Shown in pieces: positions 1 to 10,700 of a stretch of DNA of 64,000 bases. How positions within the stretch are numbered: the first letter of the stretch is position 1; every line of letters begins with the position of its first letter. A program made the translations under genes and the position numbers. The DNA comes from an uncultured delta proteobacterium (lineage in GTDB: Bacteria; Myxococcota_A; Polyangia; Polyangiales; Polyangiaceae). The notes beneath the pieces were generated by a model, which was given only the letters and a program-made list of their open reading frames with translations, did not search any database and had not been told where the DNA came from. The DNA lies in contig CAWAIF010000003.1 in assembly GCA_963782055.1 (NCBI GenBank), positions 5,184,001 to 5,248,000 of the forward strand, in the 5' to 3' direction.

Positions 1-1
1 G

Positions 2-391
2 AAGGTCGCCGATCTCGACGCGTTCGTGTTCGTCACGGGCGAGTACAACCATAGCATCGCCGCGGCGCTGAAGAACGCGCTCGACTATCTCTATGCGGAG
101 TGGAACCGCAAGCCGGCGGCGTTCGTCGGCTATGGAAACGCGGGCGGGGCGCGGGGCATCGAGCAGCTACGGCTGATGCTGGTGGAGCTGCAGATGGCGC
201 CGCTCCGGTCGGCGGTGCACCTCGGGCGGGAGGACTACATGGGGTTGCTCATGCACGGCAAGACCTTCGCCGACTTCCCGCACCTCGCGCAGGCGGCGGA
301 GCTGATGCTCGACGACTTGACGTGGTGGGGCCGCACGCTCCGCGCGGGACGGGAGGGCGCCCGCGCTCTGCTTCCGCTCGACTCTCGCTAG
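2..391 (+). CDS. NADPH-dependent FMN reductase family protein (5' end outside window)
   Basis: DAFVFVTGEYNHSIAAALKNALDYLYAEWNRKPAAFVGYG..GGARG motif; frame open from window start. Confidence 0.85.
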   Translation, partial: KVADLDAFVFVTGEYNHSIAAALKNALDYLYAEWNRKPAAFVGYGNAGGARGIEQLRLMLVELQMAPLRSAVHLGREDYMGLLMHGKTFADFPHLAQAAELMLDDLTWWGRTLRAGREGARALLPLDSR

Positions 392-750
392 CGCGCGCCG
401 TACGCGCGCGCTAGCGAGGTACCTGGTGCGCTCGACGACGCCGCCGCGATCCTCCGGGCGTTCGCGGAGCCGGACGAGGACTCCCAGGACGAGGCGTTCC
501 ACGGCGTGATGGGGACGCTGCATCACCAGGGCGATCTCCACGAGGCGACGGCCTACGCCCTCCCCTTTCTGTGCGCGCTGGCGGCCGATCCGCCTTTCAC
601 GTCCGAGCCGCGCCTGCTCTGCGGGTTGATCACCATCGCGGGGTGCACGACGTACGAGAAGAACGCGGCGGTCGCGCCGGCCTCCAGCGACGCGCGAGCA
701 GCTCGGCCACACGTGCCGTGCGGCTTGGAGGAGCGCGGACACCGCACCCG

Positions 751-1527
751 TCACGGCATGGCGAGGGTCGCGCCCAGCGGGAGGTGGTCCGACGGCTCCT
801 GCTCCGACGGCAGCGGCGTCGCGTCGGCGATCGCGCGCGGCGTCTGCGGCGTCGGACGCAGCGGGCCGCGCCACAGGACGTAGTCGATCCGCTTCGCCAC
901 GCCATTGGCATTGGAGGTGCTGGCCGGGGCGCGCTCGTGCGCGTCCAGGAGGCCGCCGCCGCGGAGCGCGCGCATCACGACGGCCTCCGGCGTCACGTTC
1001 AGATCGCCGCACAGGATCTGCGCCGGGGTGGGCTCGCGGCGCAGGAGGTCGAGCGCCTCGGTCGCCTGGCGCAGCCCCCAGCTCTCGTCCTCCGACGTGT
1101 CCGGGGGGTCCCACTTCAGGTGCGTGTTGAGGACGGCGATGTGCGCGTCGCCCTGCGCGACGACGACGAGCTGCGCGAGGTGGCCCGACGGCGCGCCGCC
1201 GGCGCCGTCGCGGTAGGGATGGCGACGGCTGTCGGCGAGGGTCCACGGGGCGCGCACGAAGGTGGCGCACCCGTCGGGCCTGCCCTCCTTGAGGGCGTGC
1301 GCGGCGGCGTACCCCGCGGGCTCCAGCGTCGCCGCCAGCGCGGCGAAGACGGCGGCGTCGACCTCCTGCAAGCAGAGGACGTCGGCGTCGAGCTCGCGCG
1401 CGCGGCGGACGATGGCCGGGTGACGCCATTGCGGGTCGAGGAACCGCTCGGCGACGCGCGGGTAGAAGGCGCGCCGGATGTAGCCCGTCGCGAGGACGTT
1501 CCAGGTGAAGAAGACGAGCGGTCTCAC
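751..1527 (-). CDS. Endonuclease/exonuclease/phosphatase (EEP, CCR4/nocturnin-like) protein
   Basis: TWNVLA, DVLCLQEVD, NTHLKW, CGDLN, RIDYV, PSDHLP motifs. Confidence 0.85.
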   Translation of the reverse strand: MRPLVFFTWNVLATGYIRRAFYPRVAERFLDPQWRHPAIVRRARELDADVLCLQEVDAAVFAALAATLEPAGYAAAHALKEGRPDGCATFVRAPWTLADSRRHPYRDGAGGAPSGHLAQLVVVAQGDAHIAVLNTHLKWDPPDTSEDESWGLRQATEALDLLRREPTPAQILCGDLNVTPEAVVMRALRGGGLLDAHERAPASTSNANGVAKRIDYVLWRGPLRPTPQTPRAIADATPLPSEQEPSDHLPLGATLAMP

Positions 1528-1668
1528 CCGGACCTCGCTCAGCAGGACGAGCCGGGCTCGCGCAGGAAGGCTCGCTCCGCGTCCGTGCTCCCCGAGGGTC
1601 CCATGGCCACCGGAGAGGCTACACCGATTTCCGTCGGGGCGAGTCGATCGCCGGTGACGCGGAGACCT

Positions 1669-2457
1669 TCACGCACGCCGCGCCAGCTGCAGCCGCGCCG
1701 TGGAGTGGCGCTCCACCTGCCCGCCGAACTGGCGGTCGATGATCTCGCCGATGGCGTCGAAGAGGCGCGCGCGCCGGTCGGCGGGCAGCGTGGCGTGGTC
1801 GGAGAAGGTGGCCAGGGTGTCCAGGTAGCGCTGCCGATCGAAGCGGTGCGCCTGGGGGAAATGCCGCTCGGCGAAGTCACGCAGCTCCGGCGTGTCGCGG
1901 ATGGCCTGGCCGATCGCGTCCACCTCGCCGCCCATGCGGTCCACCGTCTCGCGCGAGATCTCCGGCGCATGCGCGCGGTACGCGGGCTGGAGCGCCGCGT
2001 CGACGCGCTCGTCCTCCGCGGTGCGCCGCGGCGCGCCCCAGATCAACGCCAGCGCGCCGCTGGGTTTGAGCACCTTCACCACCTGGCGCAGGGCGCGCTC
2101 GCGATCGAGCCAGTGGAACGCCGAGCTGCACACGACCAGGTCCACGCTCGCGGGCTGCAGCGCCACGTCCTCCAGCTTGCCCACCTCCACGGTGAAGGGG
2201 AACGCCGCCAGTCGCTCCCGCGCGAAGGCGGCCAGGTTCTCGCCGAGCTCCACCGCGTGGATCCGGAAGCCGCGCTCGAGCAGCGGCAGCGAGGCGTTGC
2301 CCGGCCCGCAGCCGATCTCCAGCGCGTCGGCGGGCGGCGGCATGATGGCGACGAGGGCGTCGAGGAGCTCGGGTGGCGGGGACGGGCGCGCGCGGGCGTA
2401 GAGCTCGGCCATCTGGTCGAAGCTGCGGCGGCGTGCGTCGGCGGTGGCGGCGGACAT
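1669..2457 (-). CDS. Class I SAM-dependent methyltransferase
   Basis: LEIGCGPG motif I; DLVVCSSAFHW; LKPSGALAL. Confidence 0.85.
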   Translation of the reverse strand: MSAATADARRRSFDQMAELYARARPSPPPELLDALVAIMPPPADALEIGCGPGNASLPLLERGFRIHAVELGENLAAFARERLAAFPFTVEVGKLEDVALQPASVDLVVCSSAFHWLDRERALRQVVKVLKPSGALALIWGAPRRTAEDERVDAALQPAYRAHAPEISRETVDRMGGEVDAIGQAIRDTPELRDFAERHFPQAHRFDRQRYLDTLATFSDHATLPADRRARLFDAIGEIIDRQFGGQVERHSTARLQLARRA

Positions 2458-2502
2458 CGGTCGATCCTACTCCCTTCCCGCCGCACGACCGGCGCTTCGC
2501 CG

Positions 2503-2550
2503 TATGCGAAATGGGGCCGTCCGGCCTCACTGGAAGGACGGACCAGGGTG
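2503..2550 (+). repeat. 99-bp unit, right half only (copy 1)
   Basis: TATGCGAAATGGGGCCGTCCGGCCTCACTGGAAGGACGGACCAGGGTG matches the right half of 43862-43960. Confidence 0.9.
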
Positions 2551-2565
2551 CGTAGAGTGGGCTGC

Positions 2566-3846
2566 TCAAAGACAGCTGCGTGGCTGCAAGATCAGCCCAG
2601 GCGCGGGGCTCTGGTGAAAGTCGAACGCGCCGAGGAGGTCACCGGCGGTTCCGTCCCGCGCGGTGGGCGACTCGCTCGACATGCGCGGCAGTCCGAAGAG
2701 ATCCTCGATGAGACGTGGGATGGAGGCCTGCTCGGTCGGCGTGTGGTAGACGCCGCCCTTCGCCGTCCACGGCGAGATCAGCAGCGTGGGCACGCGAAAC
2801 CCCGCGTTGAAGGGACCGGCGTCGCCCTGGCAAGGCGCCACGGTCGGCGCGACGTGATCGTAGAAGCCGCCCCAGTCGTCGTAGGTGACGATGAGCAGCG
2901 ACTCGTTCCAGTGCGGGCCCTGCATGATCGCGTTCGCGATGGCGACCGTGTCGTTCTCTCCGAGGCAGATGTTCTGGGGCGGGTGCTCGCTGTGATTGCC
3001 GCCCCAGACGTAGGTGATGTTCGCCATGTCGCCGGCCTTCAGGTCGCCGAGCAGGGCGCTGTTCAGCTTCGTCATGCCGCTCGTGCCCGCCGCGTGGACG
3101 CCCTGGATCGCGTCGAACGGCGAGGCCAGCGGCACCGTCGGCACGTACCGATCGGTGTAGCTGCGCCAGGTCACGCCGTCGGGCAAGTGGTCCACGATCG
3201 AGGGGATCGAGAAGCAGGGCTTCCGCGCGCCGTTCTCCGCGCACGTCGACGGATCGTAGGTGGGGGCCACCGCTTGATCCGTGTCGGCGCAGCTCCAGTC
3301 GACCCCGCTGGGATTCTCGTACGCCGGAGACTGCGCCGAGATGAGGGCCAGATAGCCGGGGAAGCTTCCGCCGAGGGTCGTGCTGAAGAAGGCATCACAC
3401 AGCACGTACTGGTCGGCGTACGCGTAGTAGTTCGGGATCGTCGCCTTCGTGTACTGCTCGAACGGCAAGAGCGGATCGGTGGGCTGCGGTACGAGATCGA
3501 AGCCGTCCATCGCGCCGTGGTCGTAGCTGGTCACGGCGGCCGGGTGTTCGTGCGCGGGGTTACCGTCCAGCGTGCCCTGCGGCATCGGCGTGAGCGGACG
3601 CGTACCGCCATCGGACAGCCTGGCTGCCGACGCGCCGTCGACGCCCGGGTACGCGCCGAAGAGGCTGTCGAAGGTGTGGTTCTCCTTCACGAGCACCACC
3701 ACGTAGCGGATCGGAGACGCGATCCCCGCGTCGGCATCCGGCCCGGCGTCCGGGGGTGGCGCCGTCGAGTCGGGGCTGTCACAGGCCGCCGCCGCGAGCG
3801 TCGCGATCACGACGAGGCCACTCGCCCACCGCACCAAGCTTCGCAT
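2566..3846 (-). CDS. Phosphoesterase / phospholipase C family lipoprotein
   Basis: Lipobox AAAC; VVLVKENHTFDSLFG, SEHPP, TYDDWGGFYDHV, GFRVPTLLISPW. Confidence 0.9.
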   Translation of the reverse strand: MRSLVRWASGLVVIATLAAAACDSPDSTAPPPDAGPDADAGIASPIRYVVVLVKENHTFDSLFGAYPGVDGASAARLSDGGTRPLTPMPQGTLDGNPAHEHPAAVTSYDHGAMDGFDLVPQPTDPLLPFEQYTKATIPNYYAYADQYVLCDAFFSTTLGGSFPGYLALISAQSPAYENPSGVDWSCADTDQAVAPTYDPSTCAENGARKPCFSIPSIVDHLPDGVTWRSYTDRYVPTVPLASPFDAIQGVHAAGTSGMTKLNSALLGDLKAGDMANITYVWGGNHSEHPPQNICLGENDTVAIANAIMQGPHWNESLLIVTYDDWGGFYDHVAPTVAPCQGDAGPFNAGFRVPTLLISPWTAKGGVYHTPTEQASIPRLIEDLFGLPRMSSESPTARDGTAGDLLGAFDFHQSPAPGLILQPRSCL

Positions 3847-4037
3847 CCGTCACCGTCCCTCATGTCACTCGCGCGTCCGTTGGGAGAAGAGGCCGTCCAG
3901 AGGGGATCGTACGTCAAAGGGGGCTCGCACGGTGGCGTCTGCCGGGCTACGACGGGGGCGCGAAAAGAATCGTGCGGGGGCGTGTCGATCCGGCGGCGGC
4001 TCCTTCGTCGCGAGATCGGAACCCCGAGGAGGATCCC

Positions 4038-4409
4038 ATGAAGTACCTGACATTCATCCGCCACTCCGAGTCCTACCGCGCCACCCCGCCACCGTCCGCG
4101 CTGATGGACGCCATGCGCGAGTTCGTGGAGCGTTCGTTGAAGGAGGGCACGCTCCTCGACACCGGTGGCCTCTTGCCGAGCAAGGACGGCGTGCGCGTCC
4201 GGCTCGCGGCCGGCAAGATCACCGTGACCGACGGGCCGTTCAGCGAGGGCAAGGAGATCATCGGTGGCTGGGCCATCCTGAAGACCGACTCCAAGGCCGA
4301 GGCCGTCCGCGTCGCGACCGAGTTCATGGAGCTGCATCGAAAGCACTGGCCCGGCTTCGAGGGCGAGTCGGAGGTGAGGCCGATGTTCGACCCCGGCATG
4401 GGGCCGTAG
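4038..4409 (+). CDS. YciI/DGPF-domain protein
   Basis: TVTDGPFSEGKEIIGGWAI motif; GAGGAG RBS before ATG 4038. Confidence 0.85.
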   Translation: MKYLTFIRHSESYRATPPPSALMDAMREFVERSLKEGTLLDTGGLLPSKDGVRVRLAAGKITVTDGPFSEGKEIIGGWAILKTDSKAEAVRVATEFMELHRKHWPGFEGESEVRPMFDPGMGP

Positions 4410-4475
4410 CGCGTCGACATCGGGAGCTGGCGCGCGCGCTCGCCGCGACGTTCGTGGTGACGCCCGGAGACGTGT

Positions 4476-6869
4476 GTGAGAGCATGGCCGATCGTGGGTC
4501 ACGCCTATTTCGACCGGGGCGCCGCCAGCCGGCGGTTCGAGGCCGAACGAGCGACGACCCTGCGCTCGCGTGTCCGGACGCTCGTCGTCGTCCTGTCGGT
4601 CTTCTGGCTGCTCCAGCTCGCCTTCGGTGACGCGAAGGTCTTCGCCGCGGCCTGGGCGATCGTCGTCCTTCGCGTGGTCGAGGCCGTCGCGAACGTGGCG
4701 CTCCTCGTCGCGCTTCGAACGCCGAGCGCGTCCCTGCCCGGGCTCGAGCGCCGCACGCTGGCGTGGTTGAGCGCCGTCGTCGTGAGCATGGGTGTGGCGG
4801 TGTTCGGCGCGAGGCCCGAGTTCGTCCCGATGATGATTGGCAGCTACTTCGTCGGGATGCTCGCGTTCACCGGCTTCGGCTTCCGGTGGCGAACGATGGC
4901 GGCGATGCACGCGCTGTGCGTCCTGACGTTCCTCCCCGTGGGGCTGGTGCTGATGCCGGCCTGGCGGTTGGTCTACGTCGTGGTGGTCTCCATCTTCGCG
5001 CTGCCGTTCACGCTCCTCGCGGTCTCCGGGGCGTTCCGCGACCGGAGCGAGCTCGCGGCCATCGACGCCCAGCTCGCCCTCACCGCGACGAACGAGCGGC
5101 TGCGTGCCACCGAGGAGGCGCGGTCCCGTCTCTTCGTGAACCTGAGTCACGACCTCCGGACGCCGCTCGCGATCATCCGCGGGGACGCCGAGCACCTGCT
5201 CGCTGCCGCGCCAAACGCCGACGGCGCACGGTCGCTGCAGCGCATCACCCGCAACGCGGAAACGCTCGTCGAGCTCACGGCGCAGCTCCTCGAGCTGGCG
5301 CGCATCGACGAGGGGCGCCTGCCGCAGCAGCTCGCCAACGTGGACGTCGTGTCGCTGGCTCGCGACATCTGCGCGCAGCTCGCGCCGCCGAAGGGGGTCC
5401 GCTTCGTGTTCGACGGCCACGACGTGGTGGCGCGCGCCGACCCGCGGCACGCCCACCGCGTACTGGCGAACCTCGTGGGGAACGCCGTCCGCGAGCTGCG
5501 CCGCGGCGGCAGGGACGGCACGGTCGAGATCCGCGCGAGCCGCGACGAGCGACGTGGTGCCGTCGTGGTCGACGTGATCGACGACGGGCCCGGCGTGCCC
5601 ACCGACCGCCGAGCCCACCTCTTCGAGCGCTTCGCCCATTTCGACCGGGCCGGCGACACCGGCTCGGGTATCGGCCTGGCGCTCGCTCGCGAGCTCGCCG
5701 AGTTCGACGGCGGCTCGCTCGAGTACGTCGACTCCGCCGCGAGGACGACCTTTCGCCTGACGCTCCCGGAGGCGACGGGAACGGCCGACCCGTTCCCCTG
5801 GAGCTCGCGGGCGCCGAGCGCGCCGGCGCGACCCGTCGACACGACCGGCGTGCGCCCGGAGCACGCGCCGCGCATCCTGGTGGTCGAGGACTGGCCCGAC
5901 ATGAGCGACGTGCTCGTCCGCCTTCTCTCGCCCGCATTCGACGTCGAGACGGCCGCGACCGTGGCCGACGCCGTGGCGACCGCGCGCGCGGTCATGCCGA
6001 CGGCGGTGCTGGCCGACGTGATGTTGCCCGACGGCAACGCGTACGACCTGCTCCAGCGCCTGCGCGCCGACCCCGAGCTGGACGCCGTTCCGGTCGTGCT
6101 CCTCTCGGCGCTCGGCGAGCCCGCGGACCAGGCGCGCGGCCTGGCCGCAGGCGCCGACGACTACGTCGCGAAGCCGTTCTCGCCGCAGGAGCTCCTCGCG
6201 CGGCTGCGCGCCTGCATCGAGCGAGCGGCGACGCGAAGGCGCGCGCTCGCCGAGCAGCGTCGCGAGCTCGCGCTGGAGCTGCACGATGGCGTGGCGGGCG
6301 ATCTCGCGCGCGCCGTGGTGCTGCTCGGCGACGACGCGACGAACGCGCCGGCCCTCGAGGGCGCCCGCGCCGCCGTTCGCGAGGGTCTGCACGAGATCCG
6401 CTCCCTGATGTGGACGACCACGCATGCGCCCGAGTGGCGGGGGCTCGTGGCGAACGTCCGTCGCGGCCTCGCCGAGACATGCGAGGGGGCGGGCCTCGAG
6501 CTCTCGTTCGCCTCTAGCTCCGACGACGACGAGACGCGCGTCCCACCGACCGTCGCCCACGCGCTTCGCCGGATCACGCAGGAGTGGGTGACCAACGTCA
6601 TCCGCCACTCGGGCGCGAAGAAGGTGTCGTGCGTCCTGGTGCACGGCGACGGCTTCGTGCACGCGCACATGGAAGACGACGGCCGCGGGCTGGACGTCGC
6701 GCGTCCGGCCGGTCATGGGCTCGCCGGCATCGCGCGCCGCGCGCGGGCGCTCGACGGCCACGCGTCCTTCTCCAACGGCGACTCGGGCGGCGCGGTGATC
6801 GAAGTGGCGCTCCGGCTGATGCGGCGTCCGCGCGCCACGGGTCATCCGGAGCGCGCATCCGGCGATTGA
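4476..6869 (+). CDS. Membrane hybrid sensor kinase: TM-HisKA-HATPase-REC-HisKA_3-HATPase
   Basis: Hydrophobic N-terminus; SHDLRTPL; NLVGNA/DDGPG/GSGIGL; REC VVED..LADVMLPD..KPF; second kinase LHDGVA..NVIRHS..EDDGRG..GHGL. Confidence 0.85.
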   Translation: MRAWPIVGHAYFDRGAASRRFEAERATTLRSRVRTLVVVLSVFWLLQLAFGDAKVFAAAWAIVVLRVVEAVANVALLVALRTPSASLPGLERRTLAWLSAVVVSMGVAVFGARPEFVPMMIGSYFVGMLAFTGFGFRWRTMAAMHALCVLTFLPVGLVLMPAWRLVYVVVVSIFALPFTLLAVSGAFRDRSELAAIDAQLALTATNERLRATEEARSRLFVNLSHDLRTPLAIIRGDAEHLLAAAPNADGARSLQRITRNAETLVELTAQLLELARIDEGRLPQQLANVDVVSLARDICAQLAPPKGVRFVFDGHDVVARADPRHAHRVLANLVGNAVRELRRGGRDGTVEIRASRDERRGAVVVDVIDDGPGVPTDRRAHLFERFAHFDRAGDTGSGIGLALARELAEFDGGSLEYVDSAARTTFRLTLPEATGTADPFPWSSRAPSAPARPVDTTGVRPEHAPRILVVEDWPDMSDVLVRLLSPAFDVETAATVADAVATARAVMPTAVLADVMLPDGNAYDLLQRLRADPELDAVPVVLLSALGEPADQARGLAAGADDYVAKPFSPQELLARLRACIERAATRRRALAEQRRELALELHDGVAGDLARAVVLLGDDATNAPALEGARAAVREGLHEIRSLMWTTTHAPEWRGLVANVRRGLAETCEGAGLELSFASSSDDDETRVPPTVAHALRRITQEWVTNVIRHSGAKKVSCVLVHGDGFVHAHMEDDGRGLDVARPAGHGLAGIARRARALDGHASFSNGDSGGAVIEVALRLMRRPRATGHPERASGD

Positions 6870-7735
6870 GGCCGGCTCGCCTGACGACGAGGGAGGAGGC
6901 CCCTCGCACGGCCGACCGGGCTCCCGGTTGATCCCCTTAACCCGTGATCGGCTAACACTGACCATTAGACCAGGATTGCAAGCTGTCCGAGCTGTGCGCG
7001 CACGGGCAGAGGAAGCCGGCGACGGTTCGGGTCGGGCGCCTCGCGCAGCAGCAGGCGTCGCAGACGCGCGGCGATGGAGGCTAGCCGGCGCCCCGGGCGC
7101 GCCCGGCGACCGGCCGACCGCGCCCCCCGGACGCGACCTTGCGGGCGAAGGCACCCGGCCTGCCGGCGTTCCTGCGGTGCTCCGCCGGGCTGACGTTTGG
7201 GGATCGGCCCCGCGAGGCGCCTGGCCAGGCGCGCGAGCGTGACGTCGTCGACGGGCGCGCGCGCGTCGTGGATGACGCGGCCGCCGAAGACGGCGAGGTG
7301 GTGATCCGCGAGGAGCTTCGCGTCCGAAGCGGCGGTCGTGCGAGGCATCTGCAGTCCTTTCCTGGAGACCGGCGGCCCGGGACCCGCCCGAGCGTACCAT
7401 CGCGGGCACGCCGGCCGGGACCACGCCGCCTCGTCTGCGCCGGGATCGGAAGCTGTCTCGGCCTGCCCACGCGACGCCCCGCGTCGAGGCGCCTGCCGAG
7501 GCAGGTGGAGAACCGCACTCGAAATCGTGTGCGCACGATGCCCGCGCGCGAGGGAGGCCCGCTCGAGCGCGCGCGTGTGCTTGTCGTTGTCGGGTTGGCC
7601 TCCTCCTGCGTCGCGCCGGCGGCGGTCGTGCGCTGCGCGGCCTCGGCGGCTGCGAGCCCGCCCTCGAGGTGCGCGACGGGCGCGGCGTGCAGATCGGCCT
7701 TGTTCATGCGGCGATAGTCTGGTGAGTTCGCGATC

Positions 7736-10700
7736 ATGTCGAGTGTCCTCGCCGTGGTCTCCAAGGCCATTTTCGACAAGCAAGCCAAGGGCCTCGCGCC
7801 GGGCGCCGTGTGGGACACCGCCCGCTACGCGAGCCACAACCCGAACCTCGACGCGCTCGCGAGCGGCGGCGGCGACCTGTTCCTCGTCACGGTCCGCCCG
7901 AACGACGTCCTCTGGCTCGTCGCGATTCTCCGCGCGCCCAAGGCGGACGCCGACGGCTGGAAGAGCGCCCCGAACACGACCCCCGTCCGTGACGTCACCG
8001 AGCTCCTCCCGAACCTGAAGTTCTCGACCGGCAAGGGCGTGAAGGCCGACAAGGGCAAGCTCGGCATGTCCCTCCAGACCCCGCGCCAGCTCACCCCCGC
8101 CGACGTCACCCTCCTCGACGGCGCTCCCACGCCCCTGCCCACGCGCACGCCCACGCCCACGCGCACGCCCACGCGCACGCCCACGCCCACGCCCACGCCC
8201 CCGCCGACGACCACGCCCCGCGTCGTCCTCACAGAGACCGTGCGCAAGTGGCTCACGCCCAGCCCACCCAAGCCCCCCGCGCGCTACGTCCGCGCGGCGC
8301 GCGACAAGGCCGCCCAGGACGCGGCGCTCGCGAACGCCAAGCCCGAGGTCACCGCGCTCGCGGCGAAGATCCGCGCGTGGCTCGACGACGGAGCGCGCTT
8401 CACCGCGAAATACGACGACGAGACCCAGGTGGCGGCCGCGAATTTCCTCCAGCGCTTCTTCGGCGTGCCGGATTTCGCCGCGCATTGGGCTCACGAGCTC
8501 GGCGTCGCGCACGCCGCGCGGCTCCTTCTCCACGATCGCCTCGTCGATCTCGGGACCGGGGCCAAGCGAGAGCTCGTGCGCAGCAAGCAACGCCACGACG
8601 CCTACGACCACCAATTCGCGCTCTCGCGTCTGGTCCCCCACGCGCGCGGCCTCTCGCCCGACGAGCTCGCGGAGGTGAAGCGCGAGCTCGAGCCGATCGT
8701 CGCGCCGCTCCATCCGACGGTGCACCTGGCGCTCGCGCGCGTCGTCCGGGACCAGGAGACCATCGACGCCATCGCGCGTCGCGCGGCCAGCGACGCGGCG
8801 TTCTTCCAGAAGGCCGAGGAGATCGCTTCGATCTCGCGCGTCATCGTCGCCGAGTCGCACGACGCGGACGCGGTCGAGGCGATCCTCGTGAAGAAGCCTT
8901 CGTGCGTCCAATTCGGCGGCGCGCGGGGCCTCGCGCGCGCGCTCCAGAACATCCCCGTCGCGACGCTCGAGCGCGCGCTCCTCGCGATCTTGCCCGCCAT
9001 CGAGAAGAAGGCGACGCCCGGAGACTACAAGGAGATCTTGCGCGTGCTCGCGTGCATCGACGACGCGCCCGTCGCCGACTACCTCGCGCAGCGCGCGCAC
9101 GCGAAGCCGGTGCAGCCCGTCGCGCTCGAGTACTTCACGCTGCACCCCCACCACCTCGGCGCGCTCGAGGCGGTGTCGAAGCAGAAGGGCAAAGCGGGCG
9201 CGGCCGCCGCGACGATCCTCGACTCGGCGCGTCGCCACGCGCGTACGCCCGCGCCCACGCCCGCGCCCACGCCCACACCCACGGGCACCGCGGAACCGCG
9301 CGTGGCGATCACCGAGACCGTCCGCAAGTGGCTCACGCGCGACACGTTCAAGCGTCCCGAGCGCTTCGTCCGCGCGAACCAACCGAAGGACGTGCTGAAG
9401 CGGATCGACGACGCGCTCGGGCGCGCGGCCCCCGAGGTCGCGCCCATCGCCGCGAAGATCCGCGCCTGGCTCGCCGACGACGACGGGCGCTTCTCGGCCG
9501 CTCACGACGACGAGACCCAGGTCGCCGCGTCGAACTTGCTCCTGCGGTTCTGCCACGGCCTGCGCTTCCACACGCCGGACTTCGTCGGAAACTGGGTCGA
9601 GGCGTTCGGGGTCGAGCACGCCGCGCGCCTCCTCCTCCGCGACCCGATCGTCGATCTCGACTCCACGTCGCGCGTGGTCGACGAGCGGCTCGTGCGCGCA
9701 GCGGATGCCGGCGGCCGGGCCATCCGACTGGAGTTCGCGCTCCGTACGCTGCTCCCGTACGTGCGCGATTGCGCTCCGGAGGAGCTCGCCCGGCTGAAAC
9801 GCGAGATCGAGCCGCTCGTCGCGGACCTTCCCCCGGTGGTCCACCTCGCCGTCGCGCGCCTCGTGCGCGACCAGGAGACCATCGACGCGATCGCGCGACG
9901 CGCGGCCGAGGACGTGGCGCTCCAGCTGGACCTCGTGCGGTCCGGCGTCTTGAGTGTGCTCGTCGCCGAGTCGCGCGACGCCGATGCCGTCGAGAAGCTC
10001 ATCGTGATGGGGGGCAACGCCGCGCCGAGCCTCGCGTGCGCCCTCGAGCACCTCCCGGTCGCGACCATGAAGCGCGCCATGCTCGCGATCTCGCCGCAGA
10101 GCGAGAAGGCTACGCCGGGCCGTTACAAGGCGTTTCTCGAGGTGCTCGCGTGCATCGTCGACGCCGACGTGGCCGACTACCTGGCGCGCCACGCTCACGC
10201 GAGGCCGGCGCAACCCGTCGCGCTCGAGTACTTCACGCTCCACCCCCACCACCTCGGCGCGCTCGAGGCGGTGTCGAAGCAGAAGGGCAAAGCGGGCGCG
10301 GCCGCCGCGACCGTCCTCGAGTCCGTGCGCCGACGCGCGCCGGCCGGGGCTCCCGTGGCCGCCGCCGCGGCGACCGCGTCCACCGACGGCGTGCCCGTCG
10401 TGCTCCGCGCGCCTCCTTGGAAGAAGAAGGGCGACGGCGACGATCTCGTCCTCGATCTGCCCATCCCGATCGAACCGGTCACCCAGCTCCGCCCCGACGA
10501 GTACGTCAAGTGGGTGCAAGGCCCGCTCTGGACGCGATTCCGGGACGTCGCGAAGCTGAAGGCGCACCTCGAGTCGGGTCACTACCCCCAGATCCGCAAC
10601 GAGTACCTCGAGGGGCTCTTGACCGACCTCGGCCCGGAGGCGGCGCCGGTCGTGATCGAAGCGGCCGCGCGCGAGCCGGCGGCGAACATCGGCTTCCTCA

